From Candidatus Latescibacterota bacterium (GTDB lineage: Bacteria; Latescibacterota; UBA2968; UBA8231), in the NCBI GenBank assembly GCA_965248265.1, contig CBDFJF010000001.1, positions 3,040,001 to 3,104,000 on the forward strand: a stretch of 64,000 nt of DNA, read 5' to 3'. Positions 10,855 to 19,063 of this stretch are shown one piece after another. Position 1 is the stretch's first letter. Each line of letters opens with the position of its first letter. The translations under genes were made by a program, and so were the position numbers. The notes below the pieces were generated by a model. That model saw only the letters and a list, made by a program, of their open reading frames with translations, was not told the origin of the DNA and ran no database searches.

Positions 10855-11445
10855 ATGCCCGAGCAGCTACTATTTCTCCTGTTCATCCTCTTCAGCGTTG
10901 TTTCGGCGCTGCTCGAGAGGCGCAAGCGCAAGCGTGCCCAGGAAGAAGCGCAGCGCAGGGAGGCGGGCAGACCCGAGCGTGCCGAGGACGAGCCCGACGA
11001 AGAGGTGCAGGAAGAAGAGCAGCCCTGGCCGTTTCCGATGGGAGGCGATCCGTTCGGATTGCCGCAGTCCCGCCGTTCCTCAACTCGCCGTCCTGCATCC
11101 GACTCCGAAAGCGACCTAGAAGTCGTTGAGGAGGCGTTGCCACCGGGGCGGGAGCGCAAGCCGGGCCTACTGGAGCGACTCACGCGCGAAGCGAGAGAAA
11201 TCGAGCAGCAGGCGAGGTTGGTAGAAACCCAGGTAAAGGAATCGGCGCGACAGATCCAGGAAGTACAACCACGCCGACGAGTCCAGGAGGCAGTCAGGGA
11301 AGAGATGGCGCGCGTACAGGCACAACAGCCACCCACCAGAGCGAAGAAAAAACGCTGGAGGGTTACGGCCTCAAGTGCTCGCGACGCCATCGTTTATGCT
11401 GAGATTCTCGGGCCACCCAAAGCCGAGCGCAAAGAAGAGGAGTAG
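10855..11445 (+). CDS. YqfB-like protein downstream of floA
   Basis: N-terminal TM, charged linker, C-terminal AIVYAEILGPPKA; operon position. Confidence 0.65.
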   Translation: MPEQLLFLLFILFSVVSALLERRKRKRAQEEAQRREAGRPERAEDEPDEEVQEEEQPWPFPMGGDPFGLPQSRRSSTRRPASDSESDLEVVEEALPPGRERKPGLLERLTREAREIEQQARLVETQVKESARQIQEVQPRRRVQEAVREEMARVQAQQPPTRAKKKRWRVTASSARDAIVYAEILGPPKAERKEEE

Positions 11446-11452
11446 GTTACTC

Positions 11453-11539
11453 GCCGAAGTGGCGGAACTGGTAGACGCGCTGGATTCAAAATCCAGTGTT
11501 CGCAAGGACGTGTGGGTTCGAGTCCCACCTTCGGCACCA
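11453..11539 (+). tRNA. tRNA-Leu (CAA)
   Basis: Acceptor stem GCCGAAG/CTTCGGC, anticodon arm CTGGA-TTCAAAA-TCCAG, long variable arm, GGTTCGAGTCC T-arm, encoded CCA. Confidence 0.97.
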
Positions 11540-11616
11540 TAGCATTACACAACGATTCAGCATTTCTTGGGCCTCCGGTATGGGGGTCCGTTTTGATTGT
11601 ACAGATACTCGATTCC

Positions 11617-11641
11617 AGCCTCCGACAGGGGGCTTTTTTTT
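11617..11641 (+). terminator. Rho-independent terminator after the tRNA
   Basis: AGCCTCC-GACA-GGGGGCT hairpin followed by a T run; a related hairpin lies at 11569..11594. Confidence 0.8.
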
Positions 11642-11753
11642 GCGCGCGAGACGCTCTGACCAAGCAGATCCCGAAGTGAGGTGACATTTCTGGCCATCTG
11701 AGTTGTTTAACTACCCCGAGGGAACAAGACCGGAAATTCAGGAGGCCAGCATC

Positions 11754-12701
11754 ATGAGACGAATCACCACCATACTCGCATCGACTCTGCTAACCGGATT
11801 TGCCGCCGAATCGCAGGCGCAGGCGCCGCCGCGCATCGACGTGGTGTTTCTGCTGGACGCGACCGGCAGCATGGGGGACGAAATCCAGGCGGTCAAAGAC
11901 CGCATCCGGGCAATGATCTCGGACATCGCCCTGGGAGACCCCGCACCGGACGTCCGTTTTGGCATCGTCGCTTACCGAGACCGCGGCGATGACTATACGA
12001 CCAGAGTCTACCCTTTAACACGTGACATCGATTTGATTGTCGACAACCTGGGTGAGATCGAGGCCAACGGCGGTGGCGACTATCCGGAGAGTTTGAACGA
12101 GGGACTACACGTCGCCGTCCATGGGATGGAATGGGACGGGGCCAGTGGTGTCGCCCGGCTCGTCTTCCTCATCGCCGATGCCCCGCCCCACATGGATTAC
12201 GCTGATGATTTCGACTACCGCGATGAGGCACAGCTGGCAGCCCAGTCCGGCATCGTCGTCCACGCCATCGGCGCCAGCGGTCTGGACGAAGAGGGGGAGC
12301 GGGTCTTCAAGGAGATCACGGCGGACACACAAGGTGAGTTTCAGTGGCTCGTCTACGAGAGCCGCTATGTCGCTGAGGATGGCGAAGATGTCATCGTCCG
12401 CGTCGAAGGCAGGGAGGCGACCTACACCAAGGGTGACAGCACCTGGACGGCAGAATCAGGTGGCCCCGTGGCGGGAGGAGGAGTCAGGTCGGAAGGAGGA
12501 CTCGAAACCGATGACGCCGTCCTCGCCTCCGGCGATGGTGGCGCACCCGCCGGTGATGTGACCACCTCGACGAACCTGGACGATCTGATCACTTCTGCAA
12601 TCAAGGACGCAGCAGAGGAGGGAGGTGCCGAGTACGACGGAGATCCAACTGCGGTTGAAGCGGCTTCCTGGGGAGAGTTGAAAGCGGGTATCAGGAGGTA
12701 G
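11754..12701 (+). CDS. Exported von Willebrand factor A domain protein with C-terminal TAVE...SWGELK tail
   Basis: GGAGG RBS, signal peptide, MIDAS-like DATGSM, GGGDYPES and LIADAPPH. Confidence 0.88.
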   Translation: MRRITTILASTLLTGFAAESQAQAPPRIDVVFLLDATGSMGDEIQAVKDRIRAMISDIALGDPAPDVRFGIVAYRDRGDDYTTRVYPLTRDIDLIVDNLGEIEANGGGDYPESLNEGLHVAVHGMEWDGASGVARLVFLIADAPPHMDYADDFDYRDEAQLAAQSGIVVHAIGASGLDEEGERVFKEITADTQGEFQWLVYESRYVAEDGEDVIVRVEGREATYTKGDSTWTAESGGPVAGGGVRSEGGLETDDAVLASGDGGAPAGDVTTSTNLDDLITSAIKDAAEEGGAEYDGDPTAVEAASWGELKAGIRR

Positions 12702-12706
12702 AGGTC

Positions 12707-15091
12707 ATGCTGAAAATTTATGTGGCTGTTCTGTTGTTGCTGTCGCAGGCAATCGCTCACGGTGATGGCATCATTATCCCGGACCCACCCTTCGAGCCGC
12801 TGGCCATCAAGTACCACCGGGTTCAGGTCGAGATCGACGACCAGACCGCCCATACCGACATCGACCAGGTTTTCTTGAATCCACAGCCGTGGGACGTCGA
12901 AGGCACTTACATCTTTCCGTTGCCGCGCGATGCCAGCTTCTCGGCCTTTTCCATGCACGTGGATGGGGAGGAACTCGCTGCAGAAATACTGCCGGCCGAC
13001 GAGGCGCGACGGATCTACGAGGATATCGTGCGCCAGATGATCGATCCTGCCTTGCTGGAGTACGTCGGACAGGGGGCCTACCGCGCCCGCATCTTTCCGA
13101 TCCCTGCCGAAGGCGAGAAACGGATCGAGCTGTCATACGACGAGATCCTGATCCGAGACTCCGGCATCATCCGCTACGTCTATCCCTTGAACACGGAGAA
13201 GTTCTCGGCCGAACCGCTGGAGGATGTGTCAGTCCAGGTGCGCATCCGCTCTTCGACGCCGATCAAGGCCATCTACTCGCCGTCCCACGACATCATCGTC
13301 GCGCGCGCAGAGGACGACGAACTGGAGGCGACGGTCATCTACGCAGATGAAGGGGTCACGCCGACTCAGGATTTCGTCCTCTACTACACCGTGTCGGAAG
13401 AATCAGTGGGCATCGAAATGCTGACCCACTTTCCGCAGCTGTCCGATGAGGAGGGGGGAGGCTATTACATGCTGCTGGCCGCACCGCAGGCAGAAGCCGT
13501 CGTCGACGTCGTTATCCCCAAGCGCATGGTCTTCGTCTTCGACCGCTCCGGCAGCATGGCAGGAGAAAAGATGGAGCAGGCGCGAGAGGCGCTCAGATTC
13601 GCCATCGTCAGTATGGATGAGGGAGACGAGTTCAACATCGTCGACTACGGCACCACCGTCGAATCCTTTGCCGAAAGTGCGGTCCCGATCGCGGAAATCT
13701 CCAAGGCTACGGCACTCAGCTACATCGACGACATCGAGGCGACGGGCGGCACAAACATCCACGGCGCCCTGGTCGAAGCGGCGCAGATGTTGCACGGGGA
13801 CGAGTTCGCCGAGATGATCATCTTCCTCACCGATGGCAAGCCGACGATTGGCGAAGCCGACCTGGAAACCATTCTCGCCGACGTGTCAGTGGCCAACGCT
13901 GCGCGCGCCCGTCTTTTCGTCTTCGGTGTTGGAGAAGAAGTCAACACCCATCTGTTGGACCGCCTGGCCGGCGACAACGGTGGCGGATCTACCTATGTGA
14001 AACCGAACGAGAACATCGAGGTGGCGGTCTCTTCATTCTACACCAAGGTCAGCAGTCCCGTTCTCACCGACCTGGAATTGGTGATCAGCGGCGGCCGCGC
14101 GCGCGACTATTATCCGCAACAACTGCCGGATCTGTTTCGCGGGTCACAGATCGTTCAGCTGGGCCGGTTGGATGCGGAAGGCAACGTCTCCGTATTACTG
14201 TCCGGCGATATCCTTGGCGAACGCCAGGTCTTCGAGCGCGAAGTCGATCTGACGCGGGGGAGGGGGCCGGAGTTTCTGCCGCGCCTGTGGGCGACGCGCA
14301 AGGTCGGATTCCTGCTGGATCAGATCCGTCTGCACGGTGAGGATGACGAACTCGTCGACGAGATCGTGTTGCTGAGCCGCCGGCATGGCATCATCACGCC
14401 CTACACTTCGTTCCTGATTGTCGAGGATGAGCCGCCATCACCGATCGCGCAGGACGACGCGCTCAGAGCCGAGAGCGGCGCCGAGGCTGTAAACGCAGCC
14501 GAAGACGTGCGGGATTACGCTGACGCCAACACGACGACGCAGGTGCGCTCCCAGGAGGTTCGCTACGTCGGCGACAAGACCTTCTTCCTGCGCGAGGGAT
14601 CTTGGGTGGATAGTCAGTTCGAGGAAGACTTGCAGACGATGACTTACCGCTATGGTTCGAATGCTTATTTCGAGCTGCTGCGTCAGCAACCACACCTGGG
14701 TCGTTACCTGGCCTTGGGTACAGCTGTCGTGCTGCGCAGTGGCGATGAACAGATCCGAATCACGCAGATGACGACGATCGTCGAAGAGGAGGTGGAGGCG
14801 CTGCCACGGACCGCCTCGTTGAAGCAGAACGTCCCCAATCCCTTCAACCCGACCACGATGATCCGTTATGAAGTCATGGACGCTTCGGCGCCGGTGTCAC
14901 TGGCCATTTACGACATCGTCGGCCAGCGAGTGCGACAGCTGGTGCACGCCCGTCGCCGCAACCAAGGGCAACATGAGGTGGTCTGGAACGGACGCAATGA
15001 GGAGGGCGATCTGGTCGCCAACGGGGTGTACCTGTATCAGCTGCGAGCCGGCGAATTCAGGGAAGTGCGTAAAATGGTGCTGGTGAAGTGA
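12707..15091 (+). CDS. Exported VIT + vWA domain protein with FlgD-Ig/T9SS-like C-terminal domain
   Basis: Signal peptide; VIT (VEGTYIFPLP...DPALLEY); vWA DRSGSM and FLTDGKPT; C-terminal QNVPNPFNPTT...WNGRN...GVYLYQL...KMVLVK. Confidence 0.9.
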   Translation: MLKIYVAVLLLLSQAIAHGDGIIIPDPPFEPLAIKYHRVQVEIDDQTAHTDIDQVFLNPQPWDVEGTYIFPLPRDASFSAFSMHVDGEELAAEILPADEARRIYEDIVRQMIDPALLEYVGQGAYRARIFPIPAEGEKRIELSYDEILIRDSGIIRYVYPLNTEKFSAEPLEDVSVQVRIRSSTPIKAIYSPSHDIIVARAEDDELEATVIYADEGVTPTQDFVLYYTVSEESVGIEMLTHFPQLSDEEGGGYYMLLAAPQAEAVVDVVIPKRMVFVFDRSGSMAGEKMEQAREALRFAIVSMDEGDEFNIVDYGTTVESFAESAVPIAEISKATALSYIDDIEATGGTNIHGALVEAAQMLHGDEFAEMIIFLTDGKPTIGEADLETILADVSVANAARARLFVFGVGEEVNTHLLDRLAGDNGGGSTYVKPNENIEVAVSSFYTKVSSPVLTDLELVISGGRARDYYPQQLPDLFRGSQIVQLGRLDAEGNVSVLLSGDILGERQVFEREVDLTRGRGPEFLPRLWATRKVGFLLDQIRLHGEDDELVDEIVLLSRRHGIITPYTSFLIVEDEPPSPIAQDDALRAESGAEAVNAAEDVRDYADANTTTQVRSQEVRYVGDKTFFLREGSWVDSQFEEDLQTMTYRYGSNAYFELLRQQPHLGRYLALGTAVVLRSGDEQIRITQMTTIVEEEVEALPRTASLKQNVPNPFNPTTMIRYEVMDASAPVSLAIYDIVGQRVRQLVHARRRNQGQHEVVWNGRNEEGDLVANGVYLYQLRAGEFREVRKMVLVK

Positions 15092-15209
15092 CGCGAAGCA
15101 ACGGTGCTCGGGATCAGGAGCAATCGGGGAAACGGGGACGCTGCGAAACGCATCGTGAAGCCACGTCTTCGACAGCATGCTGACAATCGCATTGTCGCGG
15201 TCTCCGTCT

Positions 15210-15599
15210 TCAGTCATCAAAAAGCCCCTCACCACGGGGACGCATGTGCTTGGGCATCTTGGGATCACCGCGCTCGTCCCCTTCCCCCTCACTCTCGCTC
15301 TTACTCGCAGGTTTCTCATCGAACTCAGCCGCCAGGACCTCGATGTCCTCTTTGGTAATCTCGATTCTGCGTAGCAGATCGTCCTTCTGGCGCTCATTGA
15401 AGGAAAGCAGGTCGTTGGCGGACTGACGGCGTTCGGCCTCGAAGCCGAGTTCCGATTTGATGGTGTGCAATTTTTGGCGGATCTCGTCCAGATTCTTCTT
15501 CATGCCACCCAGCATGGCGCTCGTTATCGTCCGCATGGCTACTGCCGCGACGATGAGGACGAGGGCAGTAATGGTGGCATTCTCGACCGAGAAGAGCAT
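15210..15599 (-). CDS. Small membrane-anchored coiled-coil protein
   Basis: N-terminal TM, heptad-like region and charged tail. Confidence 0.75.
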   Translation of the reverse strand: MLFSVENATITALVLIVAAVAMRTITSAMLGGMKKNLDEIRQKLHTIKSELGFEAERRQSANDLLSFNERQKDDLLRRIEITKEDIEVLAAEFDEKPASKSESEGEGDERGDPKMPKHMRPRGEGLFDD

Positions 15600-15768
15600 A
15601 CGCTAAAGGAAGTTCTAAAAAGAAGGTGGCGCCAGCCGGGTTAACATCATCAAGGTCGGCACATTGGGATATCTGCTGACTGCCGCCGGCAGGTTGCGTC
15701 CCTTCTGGTTACAGAGGTATCTTCCAATTCAGAAACAGCACACACCTTGACCGCGACACGGGGGGTCC

Positions 15769-15924
15769 ATGTACGAGGACACGCTGTACAATGCACTGTT
15801 TGACATCGGTTTTTTCGGCAAGCTTTTATTCGCTTTGGGGGTCGTCGCCATCAGTCTCGGCCTGAGTCTTGGGGTCGGCCGCCTGGTCGAAGCAGTTTCA
15901 TCCGCCTTCGGATCCAGCAAGTAG
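15769..15924 (+). CDS. 51-aa single-pass membrane microprotein (absent from the ORF track)
   Basis: G-rich RBS, ATG...TAG; MYEDTLYNALFDIGFFGKLLFALGVVAISLGLSLGVGRLVEAVSSAFGSSK. Confidence 0.6.
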   Translation: MYEDTLYNALFDIGFFGKLLFALGVVAISLGLSLGVGRLVEAVSSAFGSSK

Positions 15925-16030
15925 GCCGAATTTCAGCCCGACAAGCACGAACTACTACGTTACAAATACGTTACAAGACCGCATTGGGGCAAATCCCCCA
16001 AGTCACGATAGAACTCGAGTATCCTCGCAG

Positions 16031-16333
16031 TTATCCACACATCAACAGCGATCTCTTCGCTGACCCACAAAGAAAAGTGAAAGTGCTGCCGCCGACCCCC
16101 TAACTCACTGGCGTTCAGGTGGTTGCGGACTCCAAGCTTGTTCATGGCATTATTCTATCTCACGCACAACTCGCTGTGTAACAATTAGTTATGGAAGATG
16201 GCGACGCTTTACCCCTAAACCACATTTTTTGTTGATCTAGCTCTTTTACAACCGTATCATAAATATGAGAGTCGCAATTCTTGCACGTGCATTGGCTCCC
16301 GGTCAAAACCACCGGGAGAGTTAGTTATCCACA
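16031..16333 (+). promoter_or_regulatory. Sigma factor promoter region flanked by two perfect DnaA boxes
   Basis: TTATCCACA at 16031 and 16325; TTGATC-17 nt-TATCAT at 16232..16260. Confidence 0.55.
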
Positions 16334-16379
16334 TGTTTTCGCCTGTTTTCACCCTTTTTCGAAATGCAGAAGGAGCCTT

Positions 16380-17231
16380 ATGATCGAACCCCTCGGTGAT
16401 AGAGAGAGCTCTCTGCGCTCTTATTTTGACGACATAGCAAGCTCGGAACCCCTTTCCCGAGAGAAGGAAGTAGAACTCGCCGCGCGAATAAAAGACGGCG
16501 ACATGGAAGCCAGGGATGAACTGGTGCAGGCAAATTTGCGCTTCGTAATCGATGTAGCGAAGAACTACCAGAATCGCGGACTCTCATTCGCAGACCTCAT
16601 CAGTGCCGGTAACCTCGGACTCATGACAGCAGCCGAGCGCTTCGACGGCACACGCGGGTACAAATTCATTTCCTACGCAGTTTGGTGGATTCGGCAATCG
16701 ATTCTGCAGACGATCGCCGAACATGTGCGCACGGTGCGCCTGCCGCTCAACAAGCTCAGCCTACTCAAAGACATTTCGAAGGCCTCGCGACGGCTCGGTC
16801 AGGGCCGCGAAGAAGAGCCCGATGTCCAGGAGATAGCTCAAGAGCTCGATTTGCCGGCAGACGTCGTCACCGACGCCATACTCAGTGCCAGACCGGTCAG
16901 CTCGCTTGACGGTACCTTCGAGGACGACGACAAGCGTTCCCTGATGAATGTGCTGGCGGATACCAGCCAAAAGGCTCCGGACACGGATGTCATGCGGGAT
17001 TCTGCCAGGGATCAGCTGGAAAGCGTGTTGGAGAGCCTGGATGAGCGCGAGCAAAAGATCATTCGGCTGTACTTCGGCCTGGATGGCAAGGAAGCACTCA
17101 CGCTCGAGCAAATCGGCAGTTTGATTGGTGTTACGCGCGAGCGCGTGCGGCAGATCAAAGAGCGGGCGTTGAGCAGGTTGCGGCACCCGTCGCGCTACGC
17201 ATTCTTGCAGCTGCTGGTCGAGGAAGTATAG
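16380..17231 (+). CDS. RpoD/SigA-family sigma-70 factor lacking region 1.1
   Basis: AAGGAG RBS; ANLRFVIDVAK, GYKFISYAVWWIRQ and TLEQIG...TRERVRQI. Confidence 0.93.
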   Translation: MIEPLGDRESSLRSYFDDIASSEPLSREKEVELAARIKDGDMEARDELVQANLRFVIDVAKNYQNRGLSFADLISAGNLGLMTAAERFDGTRGYKFISYAVWWIRQSILQTIAEHVRTVRLPLNKLSLLKDISKASRRLGQGREEEPDVQEIAQELDLPADVVTDAILSARPVSSLDGTFEDDDKRSLMNVLADTSQKAPDTDVMRDSARDQLESVLESLDEREQKIIRLYFGLDGKEALTLEQIGSLIGVTRERVRQIKERALSRLRHPSRYAFLQLLVEEV

Positions 17232-17260
17232 TTCAGCAATAAGACAGAAGGACAAACACA

Positions 17261-17302
17261 GAACGAGCGGAGCGTCATCTGGCGCACCGCTCGTTTCTTT
17301 TT
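17261..17302 (+). terminator. Terminator between the convergent sigma and cold-shock genes
   Basis: AACGAGCGG...CCGCTCGTT stem followed by TCTTTTT. Confidence 0.75.
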
Positions 17303-17341
17303 ATGTAATCGAAATTTATAGCTTGGGATGATGCTCCGTGA

Positions 17342-17563
17342 CTACTCAGCAGCGGTCACGACCACGACATCCTGCGCCTGGGGGCCTTTGTCGGACTCCA
17401 TGATTTCGAACTCCACCTGCTGACCTTCGTCAAGGGTGCGGTATCCCTCTCCCCGTATGGAGCTGTAGTGGACGAACACGTCATCGCCACCCTCGCGGAG
17501 AATGAATCCGAACCCTTTCGTCGAATTGAACCACTTCACGGTTCCCGTCAACCGATCGGCCAC
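17342..17563 (-). CDS. Cold-shock protein (CspA family)
   Basis: [15 protein letters not shown] (RNP1) and DVFVHYS (RNP2). Confidence 0.96.
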   Translation of the reverse strand: MADRLTGTVKWFNSTKGFGFILREGGDDVFVHYSSIRGEGYRTLDEGQQVEFEIMESDKGPQAQDVVVVTAAE

Positions 17564-17818
17564 GATTGATCACCCCCTATGCTGCGAATTCCGCCGCAGG
17601 GCGTCGGCAAGAGCACCGCGGACGGGACTCAAGTAACAAAGTGCTACATCCTAAAAATAGGACACAAAAAGCGAAAAACAAAGACAAAAGGGGGGCTTTA
17701 CAGAGGGGTATGGAGACAGCAGGCCCTTGTAATTGGCGCCTGTCGATTTACCTTATTGGGGTTCCCGTTTTCTGATTCCAGAACATTCATCATCGCACAC
17801 CGCTACCAACACTCCCCA

Positions 17819-19063
17819 ATGGCCGCACGCATCCTCGTCGTTGAACGCAATCCCAAGATCGGTGGACTGATTGCCGGTCAGTTGCGTGAGAAGGGTTTCG
17901 AAGCCGTGGAGGTGACCCATGGCGCCGAGGCGGCAGTGGAGTTGCGCAAGAAGAAGGCCGATCTGATCCTGATGGACAATCAGGTTCCCATGGGTGGCAT
18001 CAAGACGGCACGCATTCTCCGTCTGCACGAAAAATACAACACCATTCCAGTTGTTCTCGGTTTGCCACCTGACAAAGACGAAGCGCGCGGTGTCATCGAA
18101 GAAGCACAGGGTGCCGGTGTCAGTCACTTCCTGATGAAACCCTTCACCTTGACCTCCCTGCAGAAGAGGCTCGAAGAGGTCCTGGCGATCGATGAGCCAA
18201 TCGAAAAGCCGACACACCAGGAAATCCGCGACGAAATTCGCAACTTGAGCAATCTGCCGGCGATGCCCGCGGCCCACAGCAAACTGCTGACTTTGTTGAG
18301 CAAGGCGGATGAGGAGGTCGACATGCGTCAGGTGTCGGCGACGCTGGAGTTGGATCCAGCTCTATCCGCCAAGGTGATGAAGACCTGTCGCACCGCGTAC
18401 TTCGGTTTTCAGGGAAACATGATGACCCAGGCAGTGGCATTCCTCGGGGTCGCCGTGATCCGGAAGATCGTCCAGTCCGCCATCATCTACAACGTTTTCG
18501 GCGGTGATGAAGCAGCCAAAACAGCGCCACCGGGGCTGAGCATGGGTGACTTGTGGCGGCACTCCCTGGCCACCGGCATGGCGATGGAGGTTATCGGCAA
18601 GGCAGACAAGAAGAAGACCCACTTCCTGCTCGGGGTCCTCCATGACATCGGCAAGGCGGTCTTTCTGTTCCGATTCACCGACCACTACGCAAAGGTGCTG
18701 GAGCTCGTCGAGAAGGAGAACTGTTCCATACTGCAGGCGGAACTGGACCTGCTCGGCATATCACACGCGGATTGCGGCGGTGAACTGGCCATCCACTGGG
18801 ACCTACCCGGGGAGGTGCGAACGGCCATCACCTCTCATCACTCGCCAGGCCAATCGACTCAGCACAAGAGACTGGCGGCCATGGTGCACATCGCCGACAT
18901 CGCCGTGCGTACGATGAACATCGGCAGCGGTGGTGATCCTCTGATTCCGCAGATGGATCCGTACGCCAAACGACTACAGAAAAGCGTCGAGGAGATCGTC
19001 GAAAACCAGAACGATATCGTCAGTCAAGTTGACAGTATCCTCGGTGTCGATGACGAAGACTGA
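17819..19063 (+). CDS. Receiver domain + HDOD domain signalling protein
   Basis: REC (LILMD, MKPF), then LPAMP, DPALSAKVM, LWRHS, LHDIGK and HWDLP; start trimmed to ATG 17819. Confidence 0.9.
   Translation: MAARILVVERNPKIGGLIAGQLREKGFEAVEVTHGAEAAVELRKKKADLILMDNQVPMGGIKTARILRLHEKYNTIPVVLGLPPDKDEARGVIEEAQGAGVSHFLMKPFTLTSLQKRLEEVLAIDEPIEKPTHQEIRDEIRNLSNLPAMPAAHSKLLTLLSKADEEVDMRQVSATLELDPALSAKVMKTCRTAYFGFQGNMMTQAVAFLGVAVIRKIVQSAIIYNVFGGDEAAKTAPPGLSMGDLWRHSLATGMAMEVIGKADKKKTHFLLGVLHDIGKAVFLFRFTDHYAKVLELVEKENCSILQAELDLLGISHADCGGELAIHWDLPGEVRTAITSHHSPGQSTQHKRLAAMVHIADIAVRTMNIGSGGDPLIPQMDPYAKRLQKSVEEIVENQNDIVSQVDSILGVDDED

Noticed and set aside
11453-15600. Integrative element at tRNA-Leu
   Set aside because: No integrase, and I found no second copy of the tRNA 3' end in the window
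17579-17818. 80-aa N-terminal extension of the REC-HDOD protein
   Set aside because: It spans the AT-rich divergent promoter region shared with the cold-shock gene; the receiver fold starts at ATG 17819
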